A stretch of 55,460 nucleotides of DNA, filler included, from Sphacelaria rigidula (taxonomy: Eukaryota), in NCBI GenBank assembly GCA_964200075.2. It is 4 parts of 4 records of this genome, joined end to end, with 100 filler letters (N's around TTAATTAATTAA, not from the genome) between each part and the next. Parts side by side here need not be neighbours in the genome. Positions count along the whole stretch, not along the records: positions 1 to 13,792 come from CAXNAA020002664.1; positions 13,893 to 27,682 come from CAXNAA020002665.1; 2 more parts are not named here. The stretch is one strand, 5' to 3'. Shown piece by piece: positions 12,055-21,527 of the stretch. Below the pieces are notes generated by a model. It did no database searches. It saw only the letters and a program-made list of their open reading frames with translations, and was not told where the DNA came from. Made by a program: the position numbers and the translations under genes. How positions within the stretch are numbered: position 1 is the stretch's first letter; each line of letters begins with the position of its first letter.

Positions 12055-12702
12055 ATTGATTGATTGTCATCATCTACTTTAACTGATCCCCCAGAAGTCA
12101 TTATCCAGTTATGGCCATTTTCTACATGGTAGACGTACCCGAGAAAAAAAATGGAAGCATTCGCTGAAGAAATAGGGAGCAAATGCGGAAATATTGGACA
12201 GATGAGAAGCGTAGACGAAGAGAAGAAAAGAGGAGAAAATAAAAAAGAAAAGAGAAGGGAAGAGAAGGGAAGGGAAGAGAAGAAAAGAGAAGAGAAAAGA
12301 AAAGAAAAGACAAGAAAAGACAAGAAAAGACAAGGCAAGGCAAGGCAAGGCAAGGCAAGGCAAGGCAAGGCAAGGCAAGGCAAGGCAAGGCAACGCAAGA
12401 CAAGACAAGACAAGACAAGACAAGACAAGACCAGACCAGACCAGACCAGACCAGACCAGACCAGAAAAGAAAAGAAAAAACAAGACAATAAAATAAAATA
12501 AAATGAAAAGGTGGGGGGAAAGAACGAAACAAAACAAAGCACCAAAAGGACGAAGACAAAGAAAGAAAGAACTAAAGTAGAAATGACCGGCCGCTACCGT
12601 ATGGCTTCGGTGCGAGAGGTCTTGCGAAAAACTACTCTCATATCCAATCGTAGAAAATAGAAGCCCGTGGGGATAGATTGTGGCTAATCTATTTCGACCT
12701 CA
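12055..12702 (-). mobile_element. Second copy of the (CAAT)n-tailed element, containing an expanded microsatellite
   Basis: Shares ACATGGTAGAC.TACCCGAGA and ATGGCTTCGG...GGTCTTGCG...CTCATATCCAATCGTAGA...CGACCTCA with 10185-10467. Confidence 0.8.
12220..12505. repeat. Compound pentanucleotide microsatellite
   Basis: AAAGA/GAAGA tract, (CAAGG)12 at 12331-12390, (CAAGA)7, (CCAGA)7, AAAGA, AAATA. Confidence 0.95.
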
Positions 12703-12957
12703 GAGCAATGCTACCGCAGGGGTGCACTTTTTGCGCAAAATCGTGTCTGGTTTGGGGCTCCTAACGATTCTAGATGCACAAGGATATGGACCAGGGCATC
12801 CCCGTTCGCAAATTCATTCGGGATATCCCTAGCACATTGGAATAGTAACCCTGGCGTACTCTCATATACTTCATGAGTCATGTTTTGGATGAGATGCAGG
12901 GCTCCTAACAATTCCAACCTCAGAAAATGTGTGTGCACCGCTACCGTAGAATCACGC
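12703..12957. mobile_element. 255-bp Sola-like MITE
   Basis: ~25-bp TIRs beginning GAG (GAGCAATGCTACCGCAGGGGTGCAC / GTGCACCGCTACCGTAGAATCACGC); perfect 4-bp TSD CTCA; same length as the 18114-18368 copy. Confidence 0.8.
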
Positions 12958-13792
12958 CTCATTATTTTGGGTTTGAGGCCATCATCCATGAATGTCGCTG
13001 TTGTGTGGGAAGTAGACCGTCCACAGGGAATTCAGGTGGCTTTGAGTGGCCATACTCATCAAAGCAAATAGACAGACTTTCTATACAAGAGTCAAGTGCT
13101 TGATGGAGATCTTTTCGAAAGTGAATGCGGCCGCGTAACTTTTGCTAGATTAAAAACCATGATGTCTGCATATTCGCGAACGTTTTGCCCGCCTCACGCG
13201 ATACATCACGCGAATCTCAAAATGCTGCAAGAACAAATGCAAGTTTTCGATAGCAGTAGTGTGAGGTCTAGGTGATGAACAATCACAAATTTGCGTTGAC
13301 AAAAACTCTGATGTCCGTGTGTACCAAAGTCGCGTAGCTAGGTCTTCACGCTTCAAAGCTAACTACTTCGAAGTGGTGGTTATCTCTACTTTTATAGTAC
13401 AAGGTGTCGACTGAAACAAGTACTTAAGTGACGTAATTAGTTGGTCGCACATCCTGACGTCAAATGGTTGATGTACCTGTTCCAGTTGATGAGAGAATCT
13501 CCTTCAATGAGTCCTTATCTCGGCCACTAGGTACTGGAGAACTCGTTCTTTTGGCTGTCGATTACTGGACAAGAAGCAGAATCTATGCAGTTCAGGTACT
13601 CTGCGCGTACTCTTTCGCCCGGAAAAGGTACAACGCTTCCACTGTAACGCCAACACCAAGCAAGGTCACATGTATACCTCTCCTGATTACCAACCCAATC
13701 GGGGTAAAGGGGTGATTATATGGTAGAGGGAAATGTACTAATTAAGATACGCTTAAGGCACCTGGCGGGAAAAACTCTATATCTTGGGACCC

Positions 13793-13892
13793 NNNNNNNN
13801 NNNNNNNNNNNNNNNNNNNNNNNNNNNNNNNNNNNNTTAATTAATTAANNNNNNNNNNNNNNNNNNNNNNNNNNNNNNNNNNNNNNNNNNNN
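13793..13892. other. Artificial scaffold-joining linker
   Basis: N44-TTAATTAATTAA-N44; stop codons in all six frames; identical at 27683 and 41572. Confidence 0.97.
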
Positions 13893-14008
13893 CTGGATAT
13901 CGCGTCTCAGTTTTTGAGAGTTGGGCTATGAAATTTGTACCTACCTTACCTACGGTGCCTGTGCAAATTTCATAGCCCAACTCTCAAAAACTGAGACGCG
14001 ATATCCAG
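13893..14008. repeat. Perfect 45-bp inverted repeat with ~26-nt spacer at scaffold start
   Basis: CTGGATATCGCGTCTCAGTTTTTGAGAGTTGGGCTATGAAATTTG and its exact reverse complement ending 14008. Confidence 0.9.
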
Positions 14009-14599
14009 ATTTAGGTCATATGGTGCCTCTGCTCGTAATATGCTGATGTTAGTAGGGAAATGTATTTGCGCCATATCTCGAGATAGATAACGAATAAGGT
14101 GAAGGTGAGGGTATCTATCGTCTCCCCGTGTTCCAGGGAAGGTCCACACCAACAGTCGCGATCATCCGCTCAATCAATCGTTCGAGGTTTCATATATATT
14201 CTAGTGTGGACGCTATCTCCCCTAGGTATAGGAATTACTAGACATGGGGTTTAATCAACGAGAAAAAATGGCCTAAACTTTTGAGCAGATGGGCACCTTC
14301 CCCTTGATTAGACGATTAATACGATNNNNNNNNNNATGCGGATCACGGCCCAACTCGTGTGTGTCGTTGAGATATCGCTTTTAGAGCTTAAATCCGTTTT
14401 GAGGCTGGCCCAGCTCGTATATTTGCATTGAATCTCGTGTTGTTGTAGCAATAGCAATCTGCTTTTTTCAACATTTTCTGTAAAATGGGATTCAACATTG
14501 AAATGGATGTCAACCCACCCTCTGGATTTTAGCATTTTACCCCACATAGTTGTTTCAAAAACGAAAGTATTTGCAGATCTTTTGTTTCTGTTAAGGCTA

Positions 14600-16092
14600 A
14601 GCATGCAACAGAGCAGTAAACTGGTGGGGTGAGGAAGTGAAAGAGGCTATCAGAGTAAGGAGAGAGGCCCACGCTAGATGGATGTCGAGCAAAAGTACGG
14701 TCGGATGAGAGGAGTGTACTAAAGCTCGAAAGGAAGTAAAAAATATGGTACAGAAGAAAAAGAAGCAAGGTTGGGATAACGTAGTATAAAAACAAAAAAT
14801 GAAGATTCAGATGACGGGATGAAACAAATGTGGACAGGGATATGTGGAGAATAGTGGCTCGAAAGAATTGCAGAGAGAATCCACCAGAGGTGATGTGAAG
14901 GAGTGCGTAGTGTGACGATTCATAGGCAACCTGAATCGTCGAAGTAGCTAAACTCGCAAGAACAAAAAGGCAGCACGGGCAGACGTGAAAGTGAATGAAT
15001 TTCAGAAGCATGGGGAGGGAAAGAATTATTACCATGATGGTTATGCTGTTATAACTGGATATGGGAAAACGGGTACACGCTCAAGAGGTGAAGAGAAGGA
15101 GTAGTAGTCGATCTTTTCATAATACGAAACAAGGCTGACCCAGAGAACTATAGAGGGATACCGCTACTGAGCACGGTAGTAGGGAAAACGTTCTGTAAGT
15201 TTCTGAACGATAGACTAGGAATGATGCCAGAAAGGGACGCAATATTTTAGCGAGGGGCAAGCAGGATTTGGACCAAACCGTAGTTGCGTACATCATGTGT
15301 ACACTCTAGGTAAAATAAAAGTCAGGGTAGGAAAGACGCCGGGTTGACAACATACTGTTTCTTTCTGGACGTGCAAAACGCTTATGACGCAGTATGCAGA
15401 AATGGGCTGTGGAAAACGTTGTGGGGAACTGGGATCAGAGGAAGGACGTAGAGAAGGCGATAGAATGCGCCAAAAGTACCATCTATGATGCTAGACGGGG
15501 AAATATCGAAATATGTTGATGTTCTACAAGGAGTTGCACAAGGATGTACGTCATCACCCGCTCTATTCAAGGTATTCATTCATGACCTGATACTAGCAAT
15601 AGAAGCAGCAAAGCAAGGAGTCAAGGTGGGTGAAGATGTGATATCAGGTTTGGTGTTTGCAGACGGTTTTGTTGGAATTTCAGGAACAGCAGAAGGATTA
15701 CAAAAACAGATAGACAAGGCGCTAGCAAATGGAGAGTGACAGGGAACGTTAACGACTGCGGGGGACTCGCCTCTAACGAAGATGAGAAACATCCGGCAGA
15801 GTTCAAATGGAAGTGAGGAGAAGAGGAACTGCCGATCGTAGACCAGTATACATACCTTGGCGTAGAGATATATGTATAAAAAATGTTCTTGCGATGCACA
15901 CAAAAATGAAGTACTAGAAAAGGGGTAAGGCGCATATAGGAAGGATGGACGTGATCCTCAGAGACTCGCACATAGACACTAGGAGTAAGAGATGTATCCT
16001 GATGAAGGTGATCGTACCAAAGCTGGAATATGTAGGGGAAGTATGGGGGGGGGGAACGTGAAGTTGGTGAAGAAGTGAGAAACAGTACAGAC
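14600..16092 (+). pseudogene. Decayed non-LTR retrotransposon (LINE) ORF2, reverse transcriptase region
   Basis: RT motifs DPENYRGIPLLS, EGQAGF, FLDVQNAYDAV, GVAQGCTSSPALF, FADG, YTYLGV across frameshifts and stops. Confidence 0.9.
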
Positions 16093-16421
16093 CCGCGGTG
16101 TCGACGCGCGATTATCTAGACAGCCGATCGTTCTACAGTCTAACTGGGATCCCAAGCAAACAACAGCGACCGCACTTGTCTGCTGTTTCTGTCGTTGGAA
16201 AGGGCGCTATTGAATTTTTCCTCTCCTAACGGATATAAGTTTCCCCTGCTTAACAGGGTTTACCTACTCATTAGATCTGCAACGAGTTTTCCCCTGTATG
16301 ATAATTTTGCAGGTTTTTCTCGTTTTACCTTCAGGCGTACGATGCATAGGCTTTGTTTTTATTCCGGCCTTTCCAGCCCTTGAATAGTTTTCGTTTAGCC
16401 TTACAAATAAGGCTGAGGGGG

Positions 16422-16894
16422 TGTTACAGATTAATTGGTAACTTTCCAGTCGACTGGTCTTCATGTGTCATATTGTGTAATGCTTGACATCTAATCGGTC
16501 ATACTACAACTTGTCCTAGATTTGGCTGCCGGCCCACATGTGTTTGAAGTCTTTCGGGAACTGATCTCAAGCCACTTTATTAGCAGCTACTAGCCTGTTC
16601 GCCCATAATACAAGAAGCATCTACGCCATCCACGGACTGCGATATCAGAGGTGTCTCTGGTCTTCTAATGTAAGCGTGACTTCCCTGCAAAGGATGTTAT
16701 TCTAACATCCTTGCTGGTGGATGTGCTTGAGCACCTGCGTGACAACCCGCAGCCTCTTCGCTGCTGAGCATGATGTGCGTACCGTGAACTCGGTACGAAT
16801 CGTTGGTACTCATATGTGCATCAGCACGAGGGTGCTCAGGTGCCCACAGACTGGCGCCCCTTCACCTCAAGGCGTTTACCACCGATTTGTGACA
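16422..16894 (+). mobile_element. LTR (473 bp) preceded by a PPT-like tract and followed by a PBS
   Basis: TGTTACAGAT...ATTTGTGACA inverted ends (8/10); GAGGGGG immediately 5'; TGG-starting PBS immediately 3'. Confidence 0.65.
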
Positions 16895-16930
16895 TGGCGG
16901 TTCCGGAGGGCATCGAACCCTTAACCTTGT
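16895..16930 (+). other. Primer-binding site complementary to the 3' part of a CCA-ended tRNA
   Basis: Reverse complement reads AGGTTAAGGG-TTCGATG-CCCTC-CGGAACC-G-CCA (variable loop, T-arm, acceptor strand, discriminator, CCA). Confidence 0.7.
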
Positions 16931-18113
16931 GCCTGTTTCATGACACTAGTGCGGGACGATCTAGCGGGAATTTGCCGGGAGACGGCTCGGGTCTCAGCGT
17001 CGGCTTGCTGCGGGCTCTTGCGAATGCAGGGCGGCCGTGATAACACGAACATGATTTATGCTTCACCACAACTTCAAACCTCCGTGCAACGACACATCAC
17101 AATACTCCGGGTGCGGGCGGCAGACCTTCATTTTAGAGCCACTTGTAACAAGGGCCCAGCCGAGACCGCTCCGGTTTCACCGCCGCAATCCAAGAGCGCA
17201 ACGTCACAAACACCGAAATATATTGAAAATAATTCGAAGCACCCTGAGCACAAGGCAATCTATAATAAAACTCACGTTTAATCAAGTATAGATGTTAAAC
17301 TGGTGTCGCCAATGTGGAAGTCGTGACACTCCCGGTGACGGTAGAAACCGTCGAAGGTGGCCGATGATTTCCCTCGGGTTATGTAAAGGATTGACCGTAA
17401 GTCGTGGGGTTGAGGCAAAGTGGATCACTCGGGAAAGCTCGACGAGCGCGAGCGAGTTAGCCCGATGACGAAGTTTGAGAGTCTTGGTCAAGAGTGATCC
17501 CCAGGGATAGCCAGCACTTCGCTGGGAAGATCCCTGTTACCTTGGGGTCCCAGATCCGGCTGTACAGATATGGAAGTTTCGGGGCTCCTGCGAACTTACC
17601 CCTATTATAACAGCCGTTCACTAGGTTACACGTCATAAGAGGAAATCTCTCCGCACATGCTCAAATGGCGATCTCCACATAGACTCTTAATCTCACAGAA
17701 ACACTGTTAGTGTGTCGATGACGATGCCACCAGAGGAAATATGGCGGAGAGGAAGCTCCTCGCCCGTTCCCTTGGTGTGTCTTCCTTTGGCGATTCTCAA
17801 CCACTGGAGAAATTGGCATCATCTCGCAACAACACACTTACCCAGTTTGTCATCGTCGGCACAAGAACGGCATGCGGTTTGTCGTACAACTCCCCAAAGA
17901 TGGTGCCGCTTGGGTTGCCGCATCTTGACTGATAAAAATATGGCTTGTCTATGGCGCTGATCAAGGTAAATATTGATATCTTCATGCCTTTCGTTTTGGA
18001 CAGGACGTGCCTCTGTGCGCTACAAAACACGTCGTCGAAAAGCAGGGAGATATTTCCGTCACCGCTATCCCCCTGTCATATATACACACGCGCGAGGAAT
18101 GGCCGAGGAGTGA

Positions 18114-18368
18114 GAGTGATGCTACGGTAGGGGTGCACAAATGTTTTCCGAAGTTAGAATCGTTAGGAGTCCTTTATTTAATCCAAACAAGATTTATGCA
18201 ATATGTGAGAGTACGCCAGGATTACTGTTTCAATGTGCTAGGGATATCCCGAATGAACTTGCAAACAGGGATGCCCTCACTCATATTCTTGTGCATCTAG
18301 AACGGTTAGGAGATCCTGAACCAGAGACGATTGTGCGCAAGAAGTGCACCCCTACCATGTCATTGCTC
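18114..18368. mobile_element. 255-bp Sola-like MITE, opposite orientation to the 12703 copy
   Basis: TIRs GAGTGATGCTACGGTAGGGGTGCAC / GTGCACCCCTACCATGTCATTGCTC; flanks GTGA/ATGA (degenerate 4-bp TSD). Confidence 0.8.
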
Positions 18369-18865
18369 ATGACCAATGAATGACCGTTGCAAGATCCACG
18401 AGCATGTCGGGGGCTGTTATTATCGTTGATTTTGCCCTACGCGTGGCACAGGGACAATATTCTTACAAATCCCACTTGGGGAGAAGTATGAGAGATCAAA
18501 AGCTCATGGAAAATTTTTGGCTTGCGGAGTGAAAAAAACAATACCTCTGGCGTTGAGTTAGCTGCTGCTGGCGTGACCACATGGAGGCTGGCGTACTGTA
18601 AACTGTGAGCTCATGTGATGTATAATCGGCGCGTGGGAAGGGATGTTTCTTTCAAATTTCGACTCTGAGGAGGTCATGGCTCCACCGGGAACAAGGGCGT
18701 TATCGTGACACACTTTTGACTACTTGCCGTTTCATTTGTGACCTATGCCGTCAAGCGCTGACCAGAAACGTCTTGTATGAGACAGGTTGTTGAGCCAGCA
18801 TTCAGGCAGCGTAGTCTGTAGTAGCTGAAAGGAGCCCAGATAAACCGTTGTCACTGCCTGCCTGT

Positions 18866-20052
18866 TGTAATAATTCGATGCTTTTAATTGCACAGATACG
18901 AAAAGCTCTCATGACTTGAACTTTTGTCATACCCTCAAAGCAGCTGTCAATAGCTGAGATAATCCCTCTCTCCGGCTCCTGTCAGACGTGAGAAAAAATG
19001 TGTTTTTGCGAGCCCTATAGTGAACATTGTTGCCGAGAGCAGGGCGTTGTCTTCGAATGAAAATTCCCATTTTTCAGCCTTACGGAGGATCCCGAAAAAT
19101 AAGATTGAACACTAGATTGGAGCTCAAGTAGTCTTCTAAAAAGTCACATGTTACGTGAAACAGTGTTGCAAGAACAACCAACTGAGGATTATATGTCTGT
19201 TGAAACTTCCCCTAGGTTGCCTTGTCGCGCACTGTTGCTCCGGTGTTCATAATCCTTTGTGGTACATTCGAAATGGTGCTCACAACGTGAGAGAAGGCGC
19301 TGTTCATTGGATTCCCTCATCTTGGAGGAAAATGGCACCGGAGACTTTTTCAATTCCCAGGACAATTTTCAAGGGGCAGCAAGTTTGTCACCTATGAAAC
19401 TTCGTATCGTTACATCTACAAAACGTTTCCAGCAACGGTATTCTTGACCGAAACACCAACGGCGGCACTTTACTTATCATGAAAGTATTGCCTCTTTCAT
19501 TCGAGAGAGTTCGAGAAAGCTCCGGAACAAGTTGAAACCCGAAGGAAGCTGACGAAATCATCCTCCTCTCACCTGGTAAGAGCCGTTTCGAATGTGCAAA
19601 GGAGATACATATGGCTTCAGATACCGCGGCAACAGTGCGCGACAGGGCGAGTAGGGGAAGCCTAAACTGTAAAAAAACTAAGTTGGTTGTTTTTGCAAAA
19701 CTGTTCGCGTAACAATTGACACTTTGGAAAGCCAATTTAACCCAATTTTTGTGTTCAACCTTATTTTTCAGGATCCTCTATTACCCGTCAATCGTTTCAA
19801 GCAACGATTTTTTATTCCAAGCAACGATTTTTTATTCCCAACATAAATGAGTAATTTTCTGTTTTATACTGATTGCTCCATACAAAGTCCAGAGATGTTT
19901 GGCAAACGAGTGTCATCGTTTTTTCTGACATCTAACCGAAGCGAAAGTGAGCGCCCTCGTTGACCTTTTGACAGCCGTTTCGAGAGTAAGAAATTAGTTC
20001 GAATCATGAGAACTTTTCGTGCCCGTACAGCTATAAGGATCGAATTATTACA
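18866..20052. mobile_element. ~1.2-kb foldback element with TGT...ACA ends
   Basis: TGTAATAATTCGAT...ATCGAATTATTACA; inner arms also pair (19085-19120 vs 19742-19778; 19200-19240 vs 19628-19670); no clear TSD. Confidence 0.75.
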
Positions 20053-21373
20053 TACTCGAACTCCTACTACTCAGGAATCTTGTTAGAGGTATTGATGAAT
20101 GCGTCTATTTTTCCTTTATGAAATCTTTAAAGTTTTTGAAAACAAATAAATCTTCAAAGAATGTGGGAGCGCATTTCTTCACCAGGTCAGGCAATAGATC
20201 AAATTAAGGCTGACTCAAGGGTCTGTCGAGAGAAAAAAAATCGGACACGGAGCCCGCCCCCCCGCCCCGGAGGGCAATTTTTCGAAACTTGTCATGAATT
20301 TTTACCTTTTCTTCGTGTTTTTTTTTGTGATTTTTGTCAATTTTTCGTTGAATTTGTTGTCAAAAACTGATCAACAAACACTGACAGAAACCGAAAATTC
20401 TGGCGGGCTTTGCGAGATTTGCTTCTCCTCCTTGTCCGCCGATGACCTCGGATGCCGGCAGCGCTCACACACATCTATGCACAATACACGAGCGCACGGT
20501 AGCGACAGCCTGTAGTCAAAGTAGCAAGATTCTCTCACGCCTCGCCAAATTTTCCCGGACTACCAGTGGTGGGTAGTCGAGGCACACGACACGGAACATG
20601 ATCCCATAAATGTAGGGGCGGTGTGTCCGTCATCTCAGCAGTTTCCATGTTAAGGATCTCTGTACACGGCAGCTGACCGCATCCACCAACGCCTCAGCAA
20701 TAAACAAGGGGACAGCAGGATGGGTGTCCCCCCCCTCCCCCCCCCCTCGAAAACTCGAATTTTCGATCTTGGGGCCTACGTGTCCCGAAATATATTCTTG
20801 AAAGACCCTTGGCTGACTAGATTTTTCTCCGAAAATCCAGCGTCCGAATTTTGTCTCAGCACTTCTTTCCGGAGATGTTGGGAAACGATTCCCATTTTTC
20901 GGGAAAAGTGAAAAAAAATCTGAAATGTTTCCAGGAACATCATCAGATCCCCCGCACCACAACTACGCTAGCGTTATGTGGAACAAGACACTGTACACCT
21001 GCAGAAGAGTACGGACACGGCGAACCTCACTGAACGGAACAAAACTCAATTTACAGCCGTCGCAGAGAAGCACGGTACGTATACAGCACATGCGTACCAC
21101 GTGTCCGATCTGATCGTATGTCTTATAGCTGTAGATGAGAATTTCAACCCATGCTGATCTTACCTTGCTGAAAGTGAGCACGGCGGTGGCACCACAGCTA
21201 TCGACACATCATACGACCATGTTGTTGCTGGCCCATCGCATGCAGTACAGTACACTGCCGTCTCGTCAACACGCGCACATTGCGAGGACTACAACAAACC
21301 GTACACATGTGCGCCCACATTTGCTTTACAGAAATTCGTGAAAATCGTACCAGCAATATTGTTTTACTACATC

Positions 21374-21527
21374 CTAGAACCCCCGCCGTGCGGGCGTGGG
21401 AGACAGACTCCGCTGCCCTCCACTACCGGCGCCACTATTCCGAAGGGCATCCAAGAGGCTATTTCCCCCCGGCCTTTGATCCTGCGAAGCCCCGACTTCT
21501 GGCTGCCGGAAATCATCGCCACCTTGC
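21374..21527 (-). CDS. FIP1: FIP1-like terminal exon (RQGGDDFRQ...RSLSPTPARRGF*)
   Basis: Acceptor TTTCCCAG|G, phase 2 matches the upstream donor; ends in TAG at 21374. Confidence 0.7.

Noticed and set aside
12042-12559. ORFs with LALPC/LVWSG or RQGKA repeats
   Set aside because: Translations of the pentamer microsatellite.
13464-13715. Integrase-like LLAVDYWTR motif
   Set aside because: Isolated short resemblance with no other DDE motifs nearby.
13837-13848. TTAATTAATTAA repeated three times at ~13.9-kb spacing as a biological motif
   Set aside because: Embedded in identical N-runs; a standard six-frame-stop assembly linker.
16200-16660. piggyBac-like GVD motif on the minus strand
   Set aside because: No coherent frame; the region is better explained by the LTR and its PPT.
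17144-17630. Solo LTR (TGTAAC...GTTACA)
   Set aside because: No TSD, PBS, PPT or second copy; a 6-bp inverted match is insufficient.
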